From Chitinispirillales bacterium (GTDB lineage Bacteria; Fibrobacterota; Chitinivibrionia; Chitinivibrionales; Chitinispirillaceae): 62,607 nucleotides of DNA. The notes under the pieces were generated by a model. It searched no databases. It saw nothing but the letters and a program-made list of their open reading frames with translations, and was not told the origin of the DNA. Within the stretch, counting starts at the first letter, position 1, and each line of letters opens with the position of its first letter. The stretch spans positions 1 to 62,607 of the forward strand of contig JAITFQ010000103.1 in the NCBI GenBank assembly GCA_031281225.1. Reading direction: 5' to 3'. Shown one piece after another: positions 45,217 to 54,065 of the stretch. A program made the position numbers and the translations under genes.

Positions 45217-48200
45217 ATGATAAACGCAGCCAATCTAATCGCCCCGCTCGTGAACAGCAAAGGCAAGCCCGAGGGCGGGTTTGTTAAGGCCGCGGTTGTG
45301 CGCGGGGGCGAGGGGGACGGGGCGATTGTGCTCAGGCTTGAAGGGGGGCGGCAGATTACGGTGCAGGTAGCCGACAGGGACGCGGCGGCAGGGCTTAAAC
45401 CGGGGCAGAATGTATTTGTCAATCTGACGGAGGGGAAAATTGTGATTGCCGACGACGCGGCGCAGGCGCGGCAATCTTCGCAATCGGCAGCATTGCTGCG
45501 GGAACTGCTGCCAGATACGCAATCAGGGCAACCCGCGCAGCCGCAATCAACGCAAGCCCAGCAGCAGCCGCAATTACCGATAGCCGACAAGGATATTTTT
45601 GTCCCCGATAAGCAGAATAAACAGACCGAACCGCAGCAAAGCGGCGCTAAGGAAAGTGTCCCGCAGCAAAGCCCCGTCAAGGTTATAGACTTCACCGTTT
45701 CGCAGGAAAAAAAACTCCCCGACGGAATCTATAAAATCGATTCCCCCGAACTCATGCTCGACAAGGCGGCAGTCGAGAAACTGAAAGCGGAGGGTTATGT
45801 AGCGGTGCGGTTAGATACGGTCAGCGGCCAGCAGGTCGTTACCGTTATCGCGAACGACAGTTTACAAACGGCAATTGAGGCGATCCGTTCGACATTTGAA
45901 AGCGCGCTTTTGCGGTCGCTGCCACTTGAAGTTTTGGTGAAAATTTTTAGCGAGCGCGGAGGGATAGACGTTGATACGCTAACGGCGATTGACAGGCTTT
46001 TGCAGGGCCGGGGATTTTCGATCAATCCGGCGTCGCAGACTCAGACCGACAGGATCGACCAGTGGCTGCGCCTCGCGCTCGACAATCCGAAATTAGCCGG
46101 AGACCTCGTAGAGCGCGTCCCCGTGTCGGGCGCGAAAGAAACGGCGGAGCAGATTGAAACGCTTGTGCGGATAAGCGCGGGGACGTTGCCGAAAGGTGTT
46201 AGCGCGGAAGTTTTGCCGGAAAAGTTTTTCGTCACGCAGGACAAAATTGCCGCTGTTGATAAAATTTCTATTGACAAAGTTATTGCTGATAAAACTGTCG
46301 TCGATAATAAGGTTGTTGTCGGCAAAGTTATTGATAATAAAATTACCGGTGATAAAGTTACTGGCGATAAAGCTGTCGTTGATAATAAAATTGCCGTTGA
46401 TAACAGGATTGCCGTTGATAACAGGATTGTCGATGACAAAGTTATTGCTGATAAACCTGTCATTAATAATAAAGTTTCTATTGATAAAGTTATTGATAAT
46501 AAAATTACAATTGATAATAAGATCGCCGGTGATAATACTGCCGGCAATAAAATTACCGCGGACAAGGTTATTGAAAATATTTGCAGAACGGCATTTTCCG
46601 CCGCCCCGTCAGCATTATTAAATTTAGTCAAACAGGTAGAATCATTAAACACCGCCAACACCGTACAACTGCCGCCCGACGAAGCGCGGCGTATTGTAAA
46701 CGATGTTGCCAACCGCTTGCCGGCACAACAGGCACAGGCTACGCAAACTTCGCAGGCGGTTGAAGGCGAGCGTTCCCATGAATCGGCGCCGATCGTAAAA
46801 CCGGAAATCTTGCACGACCCGCGATTACTCTCCGCGCAGAATACGGATACTGAAACCGCTACGGCGCCGGCGCAAAAAACGCAGACGCAAACCTCCGTCA
46901 TACCATCGATTCGGGCAGAATACTCTGCGTTGACGGAATCGGCTATACAGGTGCTTTTGAAAGGGGGCGACAGGGAGGCTGCCGCAATTACCGTCAACAA
47001 AAATATTGACGCGCTTAAAAATCTTGTCGAACGGATTCAGGTTGATGAAAAAAATGTTACCGGCGCTGCCGTTGACAAACCGGCAATACCGGCAAGCGAA
47101 ATTAAACAAAACAGTTTGAGCATTATCAACAATTTGAAAGCCGCCGTCGATTCTGTGTTGAGCGACGAAATTAACACGGGGCAAAAGGTAAAACTTCTTG
47201 ACCTTGTGAGAAGCGCGATCTCATCGCTTGACGCCACGCTGCGTCCGTTGGCCCGCGAAGAGCGCCCTCTCCCGCAAAATTTCTACGACCGCGTAGTTTC
47301 CGCGCCGGAGCGGCAAATCAATACAAACACAAAAAACACCGTCTTCTCACAAATCACTACGGCGCAGGAGATGATACGGCAGGCGATTGAAATTGTCAAT
47401 ACAAAACCGGAGCTTATTGACAGCAAAATGGTTAACGCAAAACCGGAATCTATTGACGGCAATAAATCAGTCAATACAAAATTAGAATCTGCCGACAGCA
47501 AAATTGTCAACACAAAGCATGAGTTTGTTGACAGCAATAAATCTATCAACACAAAACCTGAATTTGCCGATACCAAGAATAACACAGATAATTTTTTACA
47601 GATGGCCAACCGCCTGTGGGCAAACACCGAAAAGATACGCGCTGGATTTCAGGAAGCGTTCTCCTCCCTCGACCTGCAAAGCCGCGTCTCCTCCATCCCC
47701 AACCCGGCCGGCCCGGCCGACAGTTCTGCCGCGCAGATCATCAGGCAGAGCGTCGACGCGCTGAGGACGGAGATACTTTTGGATGTGTCGCGCGCGCTCC
47801 GTGAAATATTCTCTTCTGTGGAGGAGCTGCGCGATACCGCTAAACAACTGTCGGAAAATTTGCGGGCGCTGCCTGAAATCGAAAAGGCGCTGACCGAGGC
47901 GGCTAAATCTCTTGAACAGCAGGCGCGTGAAAGCAGCGGCGAGGTTATGACGAAAATGAAAGACATTCTCAAAGAGCTAAACCGCCTGCAAGTCACCGCG
48001 CTGCAAGCACGGGAGCAAAGCGCGGACGGCGGCGCGGCGGCGCGTTCGACCCCGGCCGATGTCGTCAGATCGACCGCCCTGTCGGCCGCCAGAAGCCTCG
48101 AAAGCCTGCAACTGCTCTCCGCCCAAACGCGCGGCGGGGAGGTTCAGCAGCAGGTGATCGCGCTTCCGGTGAAGATGGGGCAGGAGTGGACGGAGGTGCA

Positions 48201-48561
48201 GGTCAAATTTGTGAAAGACCGCCGGCAAGGCAAGGATAAGGAGGGCGGCGGCGGGCGCACATCGGTATACCTGAACGTCTCGCCGTCGGCGCTGGGGCAG
48301 GTTTCGGCGCATCTCGACTTCCACCCGCCGGCGAGTTTGAAACTGTCGTTTCTGTTTGAGCGGCCGGAGGTCACAAAATGGTTCAGAAACGAGGCCCCGG
48401 CGTTACGCGAATCTTTGGCGCAGGCGGGGTTGCCCGGCGCGTCGCTTGAATTTCATAATAAACGCCCAATCAGTAAAAAAAGTGAAGCGGCCGACGCGCG
48501 AATATCAATGGACAACGGCGGAAACAGCGTCAAAGACGGCAAGGTGGATTTGAAAATATGA
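45217..48561 (+). CDS. fliK: flagellar hook-length control protein FliK-like (1114 aa) with internal repeat tracts
   Basis: C-terminal Flg_hook-like segment LNVSPSALGQVSAHLDFHPPASLKLSFLFERPEVTKWFRNEAPALRESLAQAGL. Followed by a FlhB-C-like gene with a 4-nt overlap. Confidence 0.6.
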   Translation: MINAANLIAPLVNSKGKPEGGFVKAAVVRGGEGDGAIVLRLEGGRQITVQVADRDAAAGLKPGQNVFVNLTEGKIVIADDAAQARQSSQSAALLRELLPDTQSGQPAQPQSTQAQQQPQLPIADKDIFVPDKQNKQTEPQQSGAKESVPQQSPVKVIDFTVSQEKKLPDGIYKIDSPELMLDKAAVEKLKAEGYVAVRLDTVSGQQVVTVIANDSLQTAIEAIRSTFESALLRSLPLEVLVKIFSERGGIDVDTLTAIDRLLQGRGFSINPASQTQTDRIDQWLRLALDNPKLAGDLVERVPVSGAKETAEQIETLVRISAGTLPKGVSAEVLPEKFFVTQDKIAAVDKISIDKVIADKTVVDNKVVVGKVIDNKITGDKVTGDKAVVDNKIAVDNRIAVDNRIVDDKVIADKPVINNKVSIDKVIDNKITIDNKIAGDNTAGNKITADKVIENICRTAFSAAPSALLNLVKQVESLNTANTVQLPPDEARRIVNDVANRLPAQQAQATQTSQAVEGERSHESAPIVKPEILHDPRLLSAQNTDTETATAPAQKTQTQTSVIPSIRAEYSALTESAIQVLLKGGDREAAAITVNKNIDALKNLVERIQVDEKNVTGAAVDKPAIPASEIKQNSLSIINNLKAAVDSVLSDEINTGQKVKLLDLVRSAISSLDATLRPLAREERPLPQNFYDRVVSAPERQINTNTKNTVFSQITTAQEMIRQAIEIVNTKPELIDSKMVNAKPESIDGNKSVNTKLESADSKIVNTKHEFVDSNKSINTKPEFADTKNNTDNFLQMANRLWANTEKIRAGFQEAFSSLDLQSRVSSIPNPAGPADSSAAQIIRQSVDALRTEILLDVSRALREIFSSVEELRDTAKQLSENLRALPEIEKALTEAAKSLEQQARESSGEVMTKMKDILKELNRLQVTALQAREQSADGGAAARSTPADVVRSTALSAARSLESLQLLSAQTRGGEVQQQVIALPVKMGQEWTEVQVKFVKDRRQGKDKEGGGGRTSVYLNVSPSALGQVSAHLDFHPPASLKLSFLFERPEVTKWFRNEAPALRESLAQAGLPGASLEFHNKRPISKKSEAADARISMDNGGNSVKDGKVDLKI
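46243..46578 (+). repeat. in-frame degenerate 18-bp (hexapeptide) tandem repeat inside the fliK-like gene
   Basis: About 18 units of the type (V/I)x(D/N)(N/D)K(V/I), for example KIAVDN RIAVDN RIVDDK. AT-rich. Confidence 0.85.
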
Positions 48562-48839
48562 AAAAAAACCGCGACGTCGCAGTGGCGTTAAAATATAATG
48601 ATAAGGAGGAGTCCGCCCCGCGCGTAACCGCCAAGGGGTTCGGCCTTGCGGCTGAAAAAATCAGGGAGATAGCGGAAAAAAGCGGCATCCCGATACGGCA
48701 AGACAGCGACCTCGTCGAACTTCTGGCAATGCTCGACATAGACAGGGAGATCCCGCCGCAGCTTTACGCGGCGGTGGCGGAGGTTTTGGCGCTTGTGTAC
48801 AAGGCAAATAATTCTATTGAACAAACGGAGAAAAAATGA
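48558..48839 (+). CDS. FlhB C-terminal-domain-like protein (EscU/YscU/HrcU family, YlqH-like)
   Basis: AVALKYNDKEESAPRVTAKGFGLAAEKIREIAEKSGIPIRQDSDLVELL...IPPQLYAAVAEVLALVY is typical of the stand-alone FlhB-C homologues. Confidence 0.8.
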   Translation: MKKNRDVAVALKYNDKEESAPRVTAKGFGLAAEKIREIAEKSGIPIRQDSDLVELLAMLDIDREIPPQLYAAVAEVLALVYKANNSIEQTEKK

Positions 48840-49543
48840 GTATCACTACGGTTGGAAAAATCAGCACATTCAGGAAAATCGGCACGGCGCTATTGCTAAC
48901 GTCGGCGTTAGTGTGTATGTCGCCCTCAGCCGCCCCCGCCCGCGACGTACTTTTTTTGGGGCTGACGAACAACAGAGGCGAGCCGGCGCAGGCGCAGCTT
49001 GAACAGGTCATCAGGCACGAGTTCTCGTCGAATCCGAATTTCAGGCTGATGGGCGAAACTGAGACGCAGCGGTTCATCAGGGAGAAAGAGCGGCTCGGCC
49101 ACAGGCGCACGGAGCCGTTCATCCAGCCAAGCGCGCAGCTTGCCGACTCCACGATTATAATAAGGGGCGTCGTCGAGGAATTTTCCCTGACCCCAAGGCG
49201 CAGAATGCTCCTGTGGGGCAAGATCGACGCGGCCATCTCCATCAAATTCCACTTCAACGAAGCCGCCGGCCCCACGGCGTATTTGGGCGAGTTCAGGGGC
49301 GCGTCGTCAAAACCCAAAGGATTTTTACTCTTCGCAAACCCCCAAAAAACCATACACATCTCCGCCGTCGACAGAAATGAACTGTCAAGAAAAATGCAAA
49401 CCGAGATGATTAAGGAACTGTCGGAATTCACCAACCTGTTCTTCAGCTCGCTGGCAACAGGGCCAATCCATCAGCGCTTGAACGGCGAGGGTGAGGAGGA
49501 TCAGTTTCCGGGGGCGGGAGAGTTGATGACGGGTGATGATTGA
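48836..49543 (+). CDS. hypothetical secreted protein
   Basis: 4-nt overlap with the upstream gene. Signal peptide GTALLLTSALVCMSPSAAPA. Confidence 0.55.
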   Translation: MSITTVGKISTFRKIGTALLLTSALVCMSPSAAPARDVLFLGLTNNRGEPAQAQLEQVIRHEFSSNPNFRLMGETETQRFIREKERLGHRRTEPFIQPSAQLADSTIIIRGVVEEFSLTPRRRMLLWGKIDAAISIKFHFNEAAGPTAYLGEFRGASSKPKGFLLFANPQKTIHISAVDRNELSRKMQTEMIKELSEFTNLFFSSLATGPIHQRLNGEGEEDQFPGAGELMTGDD

Positions 49544-49989
49544 GGCAACAGCAACTCGTCCCAGACGCGCGGTTCCGTTTGGGATAGGGCGGTTAGGATT
49601 TCGCGCGCTTCGCCGGCGCTTTCTATTGTCAGCTTGATTTCGAGACGCTTTTTCTCGAATCCGGGCGAGGGGGTGAACTGCACTTTGGATGGGGCGGGGT
49701 TGGCGGCGGCGGCGAGTTTTTTCCAGTTGTCCCGCAGCTTCGAAAACTCGGGGAAGCGCATCCTGTACAATTCGTCCCTGATTTTTTTCGATTTTTGCGG
49801 CGCGTTTAATTTCTCGTTATTGATTATGGAACGTATAGTCGAACCGTTAATAACATCAGTAGCAGAAACACCCTCCCTGTAAGCAATTTCAGGCAGCCAC
49901 TCGGCCAACTCACGCTGTGTCTGATGCGTGAACCGGTGCGCGTTAATAAAATCAGCGACAATATCCACCTCACGCTCAACATTATTCAC
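49501..49989 (-). CDS. hypothetical protein (162 aa)
   Basis: 8-nt overlap with the upstream Ig-like lipoprotein gene. No recognisable motif. Confidence 0.5.
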   Translation of the reverse strand: MNNVEREVDIVADFINAHRFTHQTQRELAEWLPEIAYREGVSATDVINGSTIRSIINNEKLNAPQKSKKIRDELYRMRFPEFSKLRDNWKKLAAAANPAPSKVQFTPSPGFEKKRLEIKLTIESAGEAREILTALSQTEPRVWDELLLPQSSPVINSPAPGN

Positions 49990-51205
49990 ACGCGTTTACC
50001 TGCCACCCGTCAATTTCCCACCGGCCCCGCGCGTCTAATATGCCGGGGACGAGGAAAAATTCTTCCGGCGCCCGCCAGGGGATTAATTTTCCTATGGTAA
50101 CCTTATCGTCGTCGTTGTCGTCAATAAACCATTTGAGCGTCCCCTTGGACGATGGTATCATCCTAAACGTAAACGTCCCCGCGCTGTCGCGTACTGTGAA
50201 TGTCTCATCTCTGCCTATGGGGCTGAACGTCCATTTGCGCCTTTCGTTTGGTTCGAGGCAGTCCGCCCCGCCGTTCAGGCGGTAGCAGGTTGTGTCGTTG
50301 GGAATAACTATCGCGTCGAGGCTGTCCCTTACGGCCTGGTCGATCATCACCTGCGGTTCGGCGAACGTCATCTCAAATATGGCGTCGGGCGCCTTTTCCA
50401 CCACGGCTGCCACCGTATCGGGCGCCTCTTCTTCCGGCTCGTAGACTACCGGCTTTACCTCCGCCGTATCGCTGTCGGTCGGAAACAGCCGTACCGTCTG
50501 CGCCGCGCTTGTCACGTTAATCGTCTGTTGCAGCGATGTGAAACTCACGTCGCCGGGAAACAGGCGGTTTCTCCGGTACTTGTCGTTGAACGCGACTATG
50601 CGGTACGGGCCTTCCCGCAGGTGCGAGAAACTGAACACGCCGGCGCTGTCGCCGCGCACGATGTATCTGGGCGGATAGTAGTACCATAAATCGTTCCACC
50701 CGTCGCCCGCCCAGTAGAGGGCTACTTTGGGCGGCACGGTGAGCGGTTCGAGCGACCTGATGGAGCCGCTGAGCTGCCCGCGGTCAAGTTCGGGGCCGGT
50801 TGAGAATACGATGCTTATCGGTTCCGTTATGGCGTTGCCGCGCAGGTCTTTGAGAGACGTGCTGAGTACGAGGTGATAGGTGGTGTTGTCCTCAAGCGGC
50901 TCTACGGGGATTATCGATATCCTGTTTTTGGACGCCCTGATGGCGAAGCTTTTCGGCAGCACCGGATAAATTGATACAACGTTCGCGAGGCTCGCAATGT
51001 TTATCCACTTCGAAAATCTGATGTCAATCGATACGCGCGGATTGACGTTCGTCTGACCGTTTTCGTGCGTTGAGAGGATTATCTCCGGCGGGGTGGTGTC
51101 GACCGGGCCGCCGCCGGGGGCAGACTGGTTGGCGCAGGAGATTAGAAACGCGGACAGAAGCGCCGCCGCCATCACCATCATAACGATATTTTTTTTCATC
51201 AACAT
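49982..51205 (-). CDS. Ig-like (SbsA/Big_5-type) domain lipoprotein
   Basis: Lipobox FLISC. DTTPPEIILSTHENGQTNVNPRVSIDIRFSKWI is typical of SbsA_Ig domains. Confidence 0.6.
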   Translation of the reverse strand: MLMKKNIVMMVMAAALLSAFLISCANQSAPGGGPVDTTPPEIILSTHENGQTNVNPRVSIDIRFSKWINIASLANVVSIYPVLPKSFAIRASKNRISIIPVEPLEDNTTYHLVLSTSLKDLRGNAITEPISIVFSTGPELDRGQLSGSIRSLEPLTVPPKVALYWAGDGWNDLWYYYPPRYIVRGDSAGVFSFSHLREGPYRIVAFNDKYRRNRLFPGDVSFTSLQQTINVTSAAQTVRLFPTDSDTAEVKPVVYEPEEEAPDTVAAVVEKAPDAIFEMTFAEPQVMIDQAVRDSLDAIVIPNDTTCYRLNGGADCLEPNERRKWTFSPIGRDETFTVRDSAGTFTFRMIPSSKGTLKWFIDDNDDDKVTIGKLIPWRAPEEFFLVPGILDARGRWEIDGWQVNACE

Positions 51206-51298
51206 TGTGCCCCGCCTGTTTCAGGCTTAATTTATATTATATGGTTACCGTCATTAATCAAAATATATTATGCCTGTCAGTAGGGAGAAAAAATATTT

Positions 51299-53965
51299 AT
51301 GGAAAAGCAATACAACCCGTCAACCGTAGAGGAGCGCACCTACCGGCGGTGGTTAGAGCGCAGGTATTTCCACGCCGACGAGTCGTCCCCCAAACCCGCC
51401 TACTCCATCGTCATCCCGCCGCCGAACGTCACCGGCGTACTGCACATGGGGCACGCGCTCAACAATGCCATACAGGATATCCTCATCCGCCACCGGCGCA
51501 TGAAAGGTTTTGAGGTTATGTGGATGCCCGGCACCGACCACGCCGGAATCGCCACACAGAACGTGGTGGAGCGCAGGCTTGCCAAAGAGAAAAAGAACCG
51601 GCACGCGATGGGGCGGGAGGCGTTCGTTAACGAGGTATGGAAGTGGAAAGAGGAGTACCACGCAACCATCACCACACAGTTGAAAAAACTTGGCTCATCC
51701 TGCGACTGGGACAGGGAGCGGTTTACGATGGACGACGGACTGTCGGCGGCGGTCAGAAAAGTTTTTGTCGAACTTTACAACGAGGGGCTGATTTACAGGG
51801 GGAAGTACATAATAAACTGGTGCCCGCGCTGCCGGACGGCGCTGTCGGACGAAGAGGCTGAGCACAAGGAATTAAACGGCAAACTCTACCATTTGAAATA
51901 CCCATACGAGGACGGAAGCGGTCACGTGGTTGTGGCAACAACGCGGCCCGAAACGATGCTTGGCGATGTCGCTGTCGCCGTCAATCCCGCCGACGAGCGT
52001 TACGCGGCGGTCAAAAATAAAAAAATCGCCCTGCCGCTGACCGGGCGGAGCATCCCTTTTATTGAGGACGGGTTTGTCGACAGGGAGTTCGGCACCGGCG
52101 CGGTCAAGGTGACGACCGCGCACGACCCAAACGACTTTCAGATGGGTTTGCGCCACAATCTCGAACCGGTAGTAGTGATGGACGAGGGCGCGCTCATGGC
52201 CGGCGAGATTCCCGAAAAGTATAAGGGGATGGACCGCTTCGAATGCCGCAAAACTCTTGTCGCCGATCTGGAAGCCGCGGGGCTTGTAGAAAAAATCGAC
52301 GAACATAATCACTCTGTCGGCCATTGCTACCGCTGCCAGACCGTTGTGGAGCCTTACTACTCCGACCAGTGGTTTGTCAAAATGAAACCCCTCGCCGAGC
52401 CCGCGCTCGCGGCGGCGGTTAACGACGAGGTGCGCTTCTACCCCGCGCGCTGGAAAAAAACTTATATCGACTGGATGGAGAACATACGGGACTGGTGCAT
52501 ATCGCGCCAAATCTGGTGGGGCCACCAAATCCCAGTATGGTACTGCGGCTGCGGCGAAATAATCGTCAGCGAAGAGACTCCCCAAACCTGTAAAAAATGT
52601 TCGTCAACCGCCTTGACGCAGGATAGCGACGTGCTCGACACGTGGTTCTCCTCGTGGCTCTGGCCGTTCTCCACGATGGGCTGGCCGGAAGATAACGATT
52701 TCATGAAAAAGTTTTACCCGACCGACACCCTCGCGACCGCGCCCGAGATACTTTTCTTCTGGGTCGCCCGGATGATAATGGCGGGTTACCGTTTTACCGG
52801 AAAACTCCCGTTTACCGATGTGATACTGCACGGTACGGTGCGCGACAAAACCGGACGCAAGATGAGCAAGTCGCTTGGCAACATCATCGACCCGTTAGAG
52901 GTGATCCCCGTGTATGGCGCGGACGCTTTGCGTTTTTCGATGATCATGATTACCGCCCAGGGTTCCGACGTATTTTTGGGTAAAGACACGTTCGACATCG
53001 GCCGTAATTTCGCGAACAAATTATGGAACGCGTCGCGGTTTTTGCTGGGGAATATCAAGGACGGCGCCATACAGGGAACGCTGCCGCCAATCGATAGAAT
53101 GAAAGCCGAAGACAAATGGATACTGTCAAAATTGCAGCGTGTAATAAAGGATATGGACTCCGCAATATCCGCCTACCGTTTCAACGAAGCCTGCCACACC
53201 ATATACGATTTTACATGGCACGAGTTCTGCGACTGGTATGTGGAAGCGAAAAAAGCCGATTTTTATCAGGACGGCGACCCACAGCGCAAATCCGACGCTT
53301 TGTCGCTGTGCGGATATGTACTCGCGTCAATCCTGAAATTATTGCACCCGCTCATGCCGTTTATCACCGAGGAAATTTGGGCCCACCTGCGCGAAAAGAT
53401 GACGTTCGACGGGCTAATCGACGCGGAATCGATCATGCTCGCGAAATATCCCGAGCCGGAACCGTCGTTGATTAACGAATCGGTAGAAAGCGATTTTGAT
53501 CTGCTCAAAAACTGCATCGTCGCCCTCCGCACCATCCGTTCCGAGAACAACATCCCGCCGGACAAGACGGGGACGGCGGTGATTATCCCCGCCGACAGGG
53601 AATCGGAAGCGTGGTTGGTTTCACAAACGGCAACGATAAACCTATTCGCCAAATTATCGGAAACAACCGTAAGCGTCGACGCGCAAAAACCCGGCTTCGC
53701 CGGTTCGGCGGTGGTCAAGGGCAATCAGTTATTTCTCTGTTTGGAGGGGCTAATCGACAAAAACGTCGAGATTGAGCGTCTGACAAAGGAGGTTGCGCGG
53801 TTAAAATCGATCGCCGACAGCGCGAAAGCGCGTTTGGAGAGCGAAAGTTTCATTTCACGCGCACCGGCGGATATTGTTGAGAAAGAGAAGGAGAAATATC
53901 AGGGCATTCTTGTCAATCTGGAAAAGACGGAGAAGGCGCTTGCCATGATATATATTAGGGAATAG
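51299..53965 (+). CDS. valS: valine--tRNA ligase
   Basis: PNVTGVLHMGHALN (HIGH), KMSKSLGN, and a C-terminal coiled coil. 888 aa. Confidence 0.95.
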   Translation: MEKQYNPSTVEERTYRRWLERRYFHADESSPKPAYSIVIPPPNVTGVLHMGHALNNAIQDILIRHRRMKGFEVMWMPGTDHAGIATQNVVERRLAKEKKNRHAMGREAFVNEVWKWKEEYHATITTQLKKLGSSCDWDRERFTMDDGLSAAVRKVFVELYNEGLIYRGKYIINWCPRCRTALSDEEAEHKELNGKLYHLKYPYEDGSGHVVVATTRPETMLGDVAVAVNPADERYAAVKNKKIALPLTGRSIPFIEDGFVDREFGTGAVKVTTAHDPNDFQMGLRHNLEPVVVMDEGALMAGEIPEKYKGMDRFECRKTLVADLEAAGLVEKIDEHNHSVGHCYRCQTVVEPYYSDQWFVKMKPLAEPALAAAVNDEVRFYPARWKKTYIDWMENIRDWCISRQIWWGHQIPVWYCGCGEIIVSEETPQTCKKCSSTALTQDSDVLDTWFSSWLWPFSTMGWPEDNDFMKKFYPTDTLATAPEILFFWVARMIMAGYRFTGKLPFTDVILHGTVRDKTGRKMSKSLGNIIDPLEVIPVYGADALRFSMIMITAQGSDVFLGKDTFDIGRNFANKLWNASRFLLGNIKDGAIQGTLPPIDRMKAEDKWILSKLQRVIKDMDSAISAYRFNEACHTIYDFTWHEFCDWYVEAKKADFYQDGDPQRKSDALSLCGYVLASILKLLHPLMPFITEEIWAHLREKMTFDGLIDAESIMLAKYPEPEPSLINESVESDFDLLKNCIVALRTIRSENNIPPDKTGTAVIIPADRESEAWLVSQTATINLFAKLSETTVSVDAQKPGFAGSAVVKGNQLFLCLEGLIDKNVEIERLTKEVARLKSIADSAKARLESESFISRAPADIVEKEKEKYQGILVNLEKTEKALAMIYIRE

Positions 53966-54065
53966 TAGATTGATGGCTTGCCGGCAAAACCATCATAACA
54001 ATATGGAACAACACGCCGATGATTTACCGGCAAATCATCGTGGCAAAGCATAATGGAGTTAACCT
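53958..54065 (+). promoter_or_regulatory. conserved leader, copy 1, with two CCGG-centred palindromes
   Basis: TGATGGCTTGCCGGCAAAACCATCA (53971-53995) and GATGATTTACCGGCAAATCATC (54018-54039) are identical to the blocks at 55725-55749 and 55772-55793. Confidence 0.6.

Noticed and set aside
45122-45217. T-box or riboswitch leaders for serS, valS (51205-51299) or trpD (9537-9715)
   Set aside because: The upstream regions are only ~95-180 nt and lack specifier/antiterminator-like structure. They are too short for T-box elements.
46041-47000. CRISPR-like or independent coding reading of the periodic sequence (minus-strand 319-aa ORF, plus-strand 141-aa ORF)
   Set aside because: The period is only 18 bp with no unique spacers. 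The repeat is in frame within the 1114-aa gene. The alternative-frame ORFs are by-products of the repeat.
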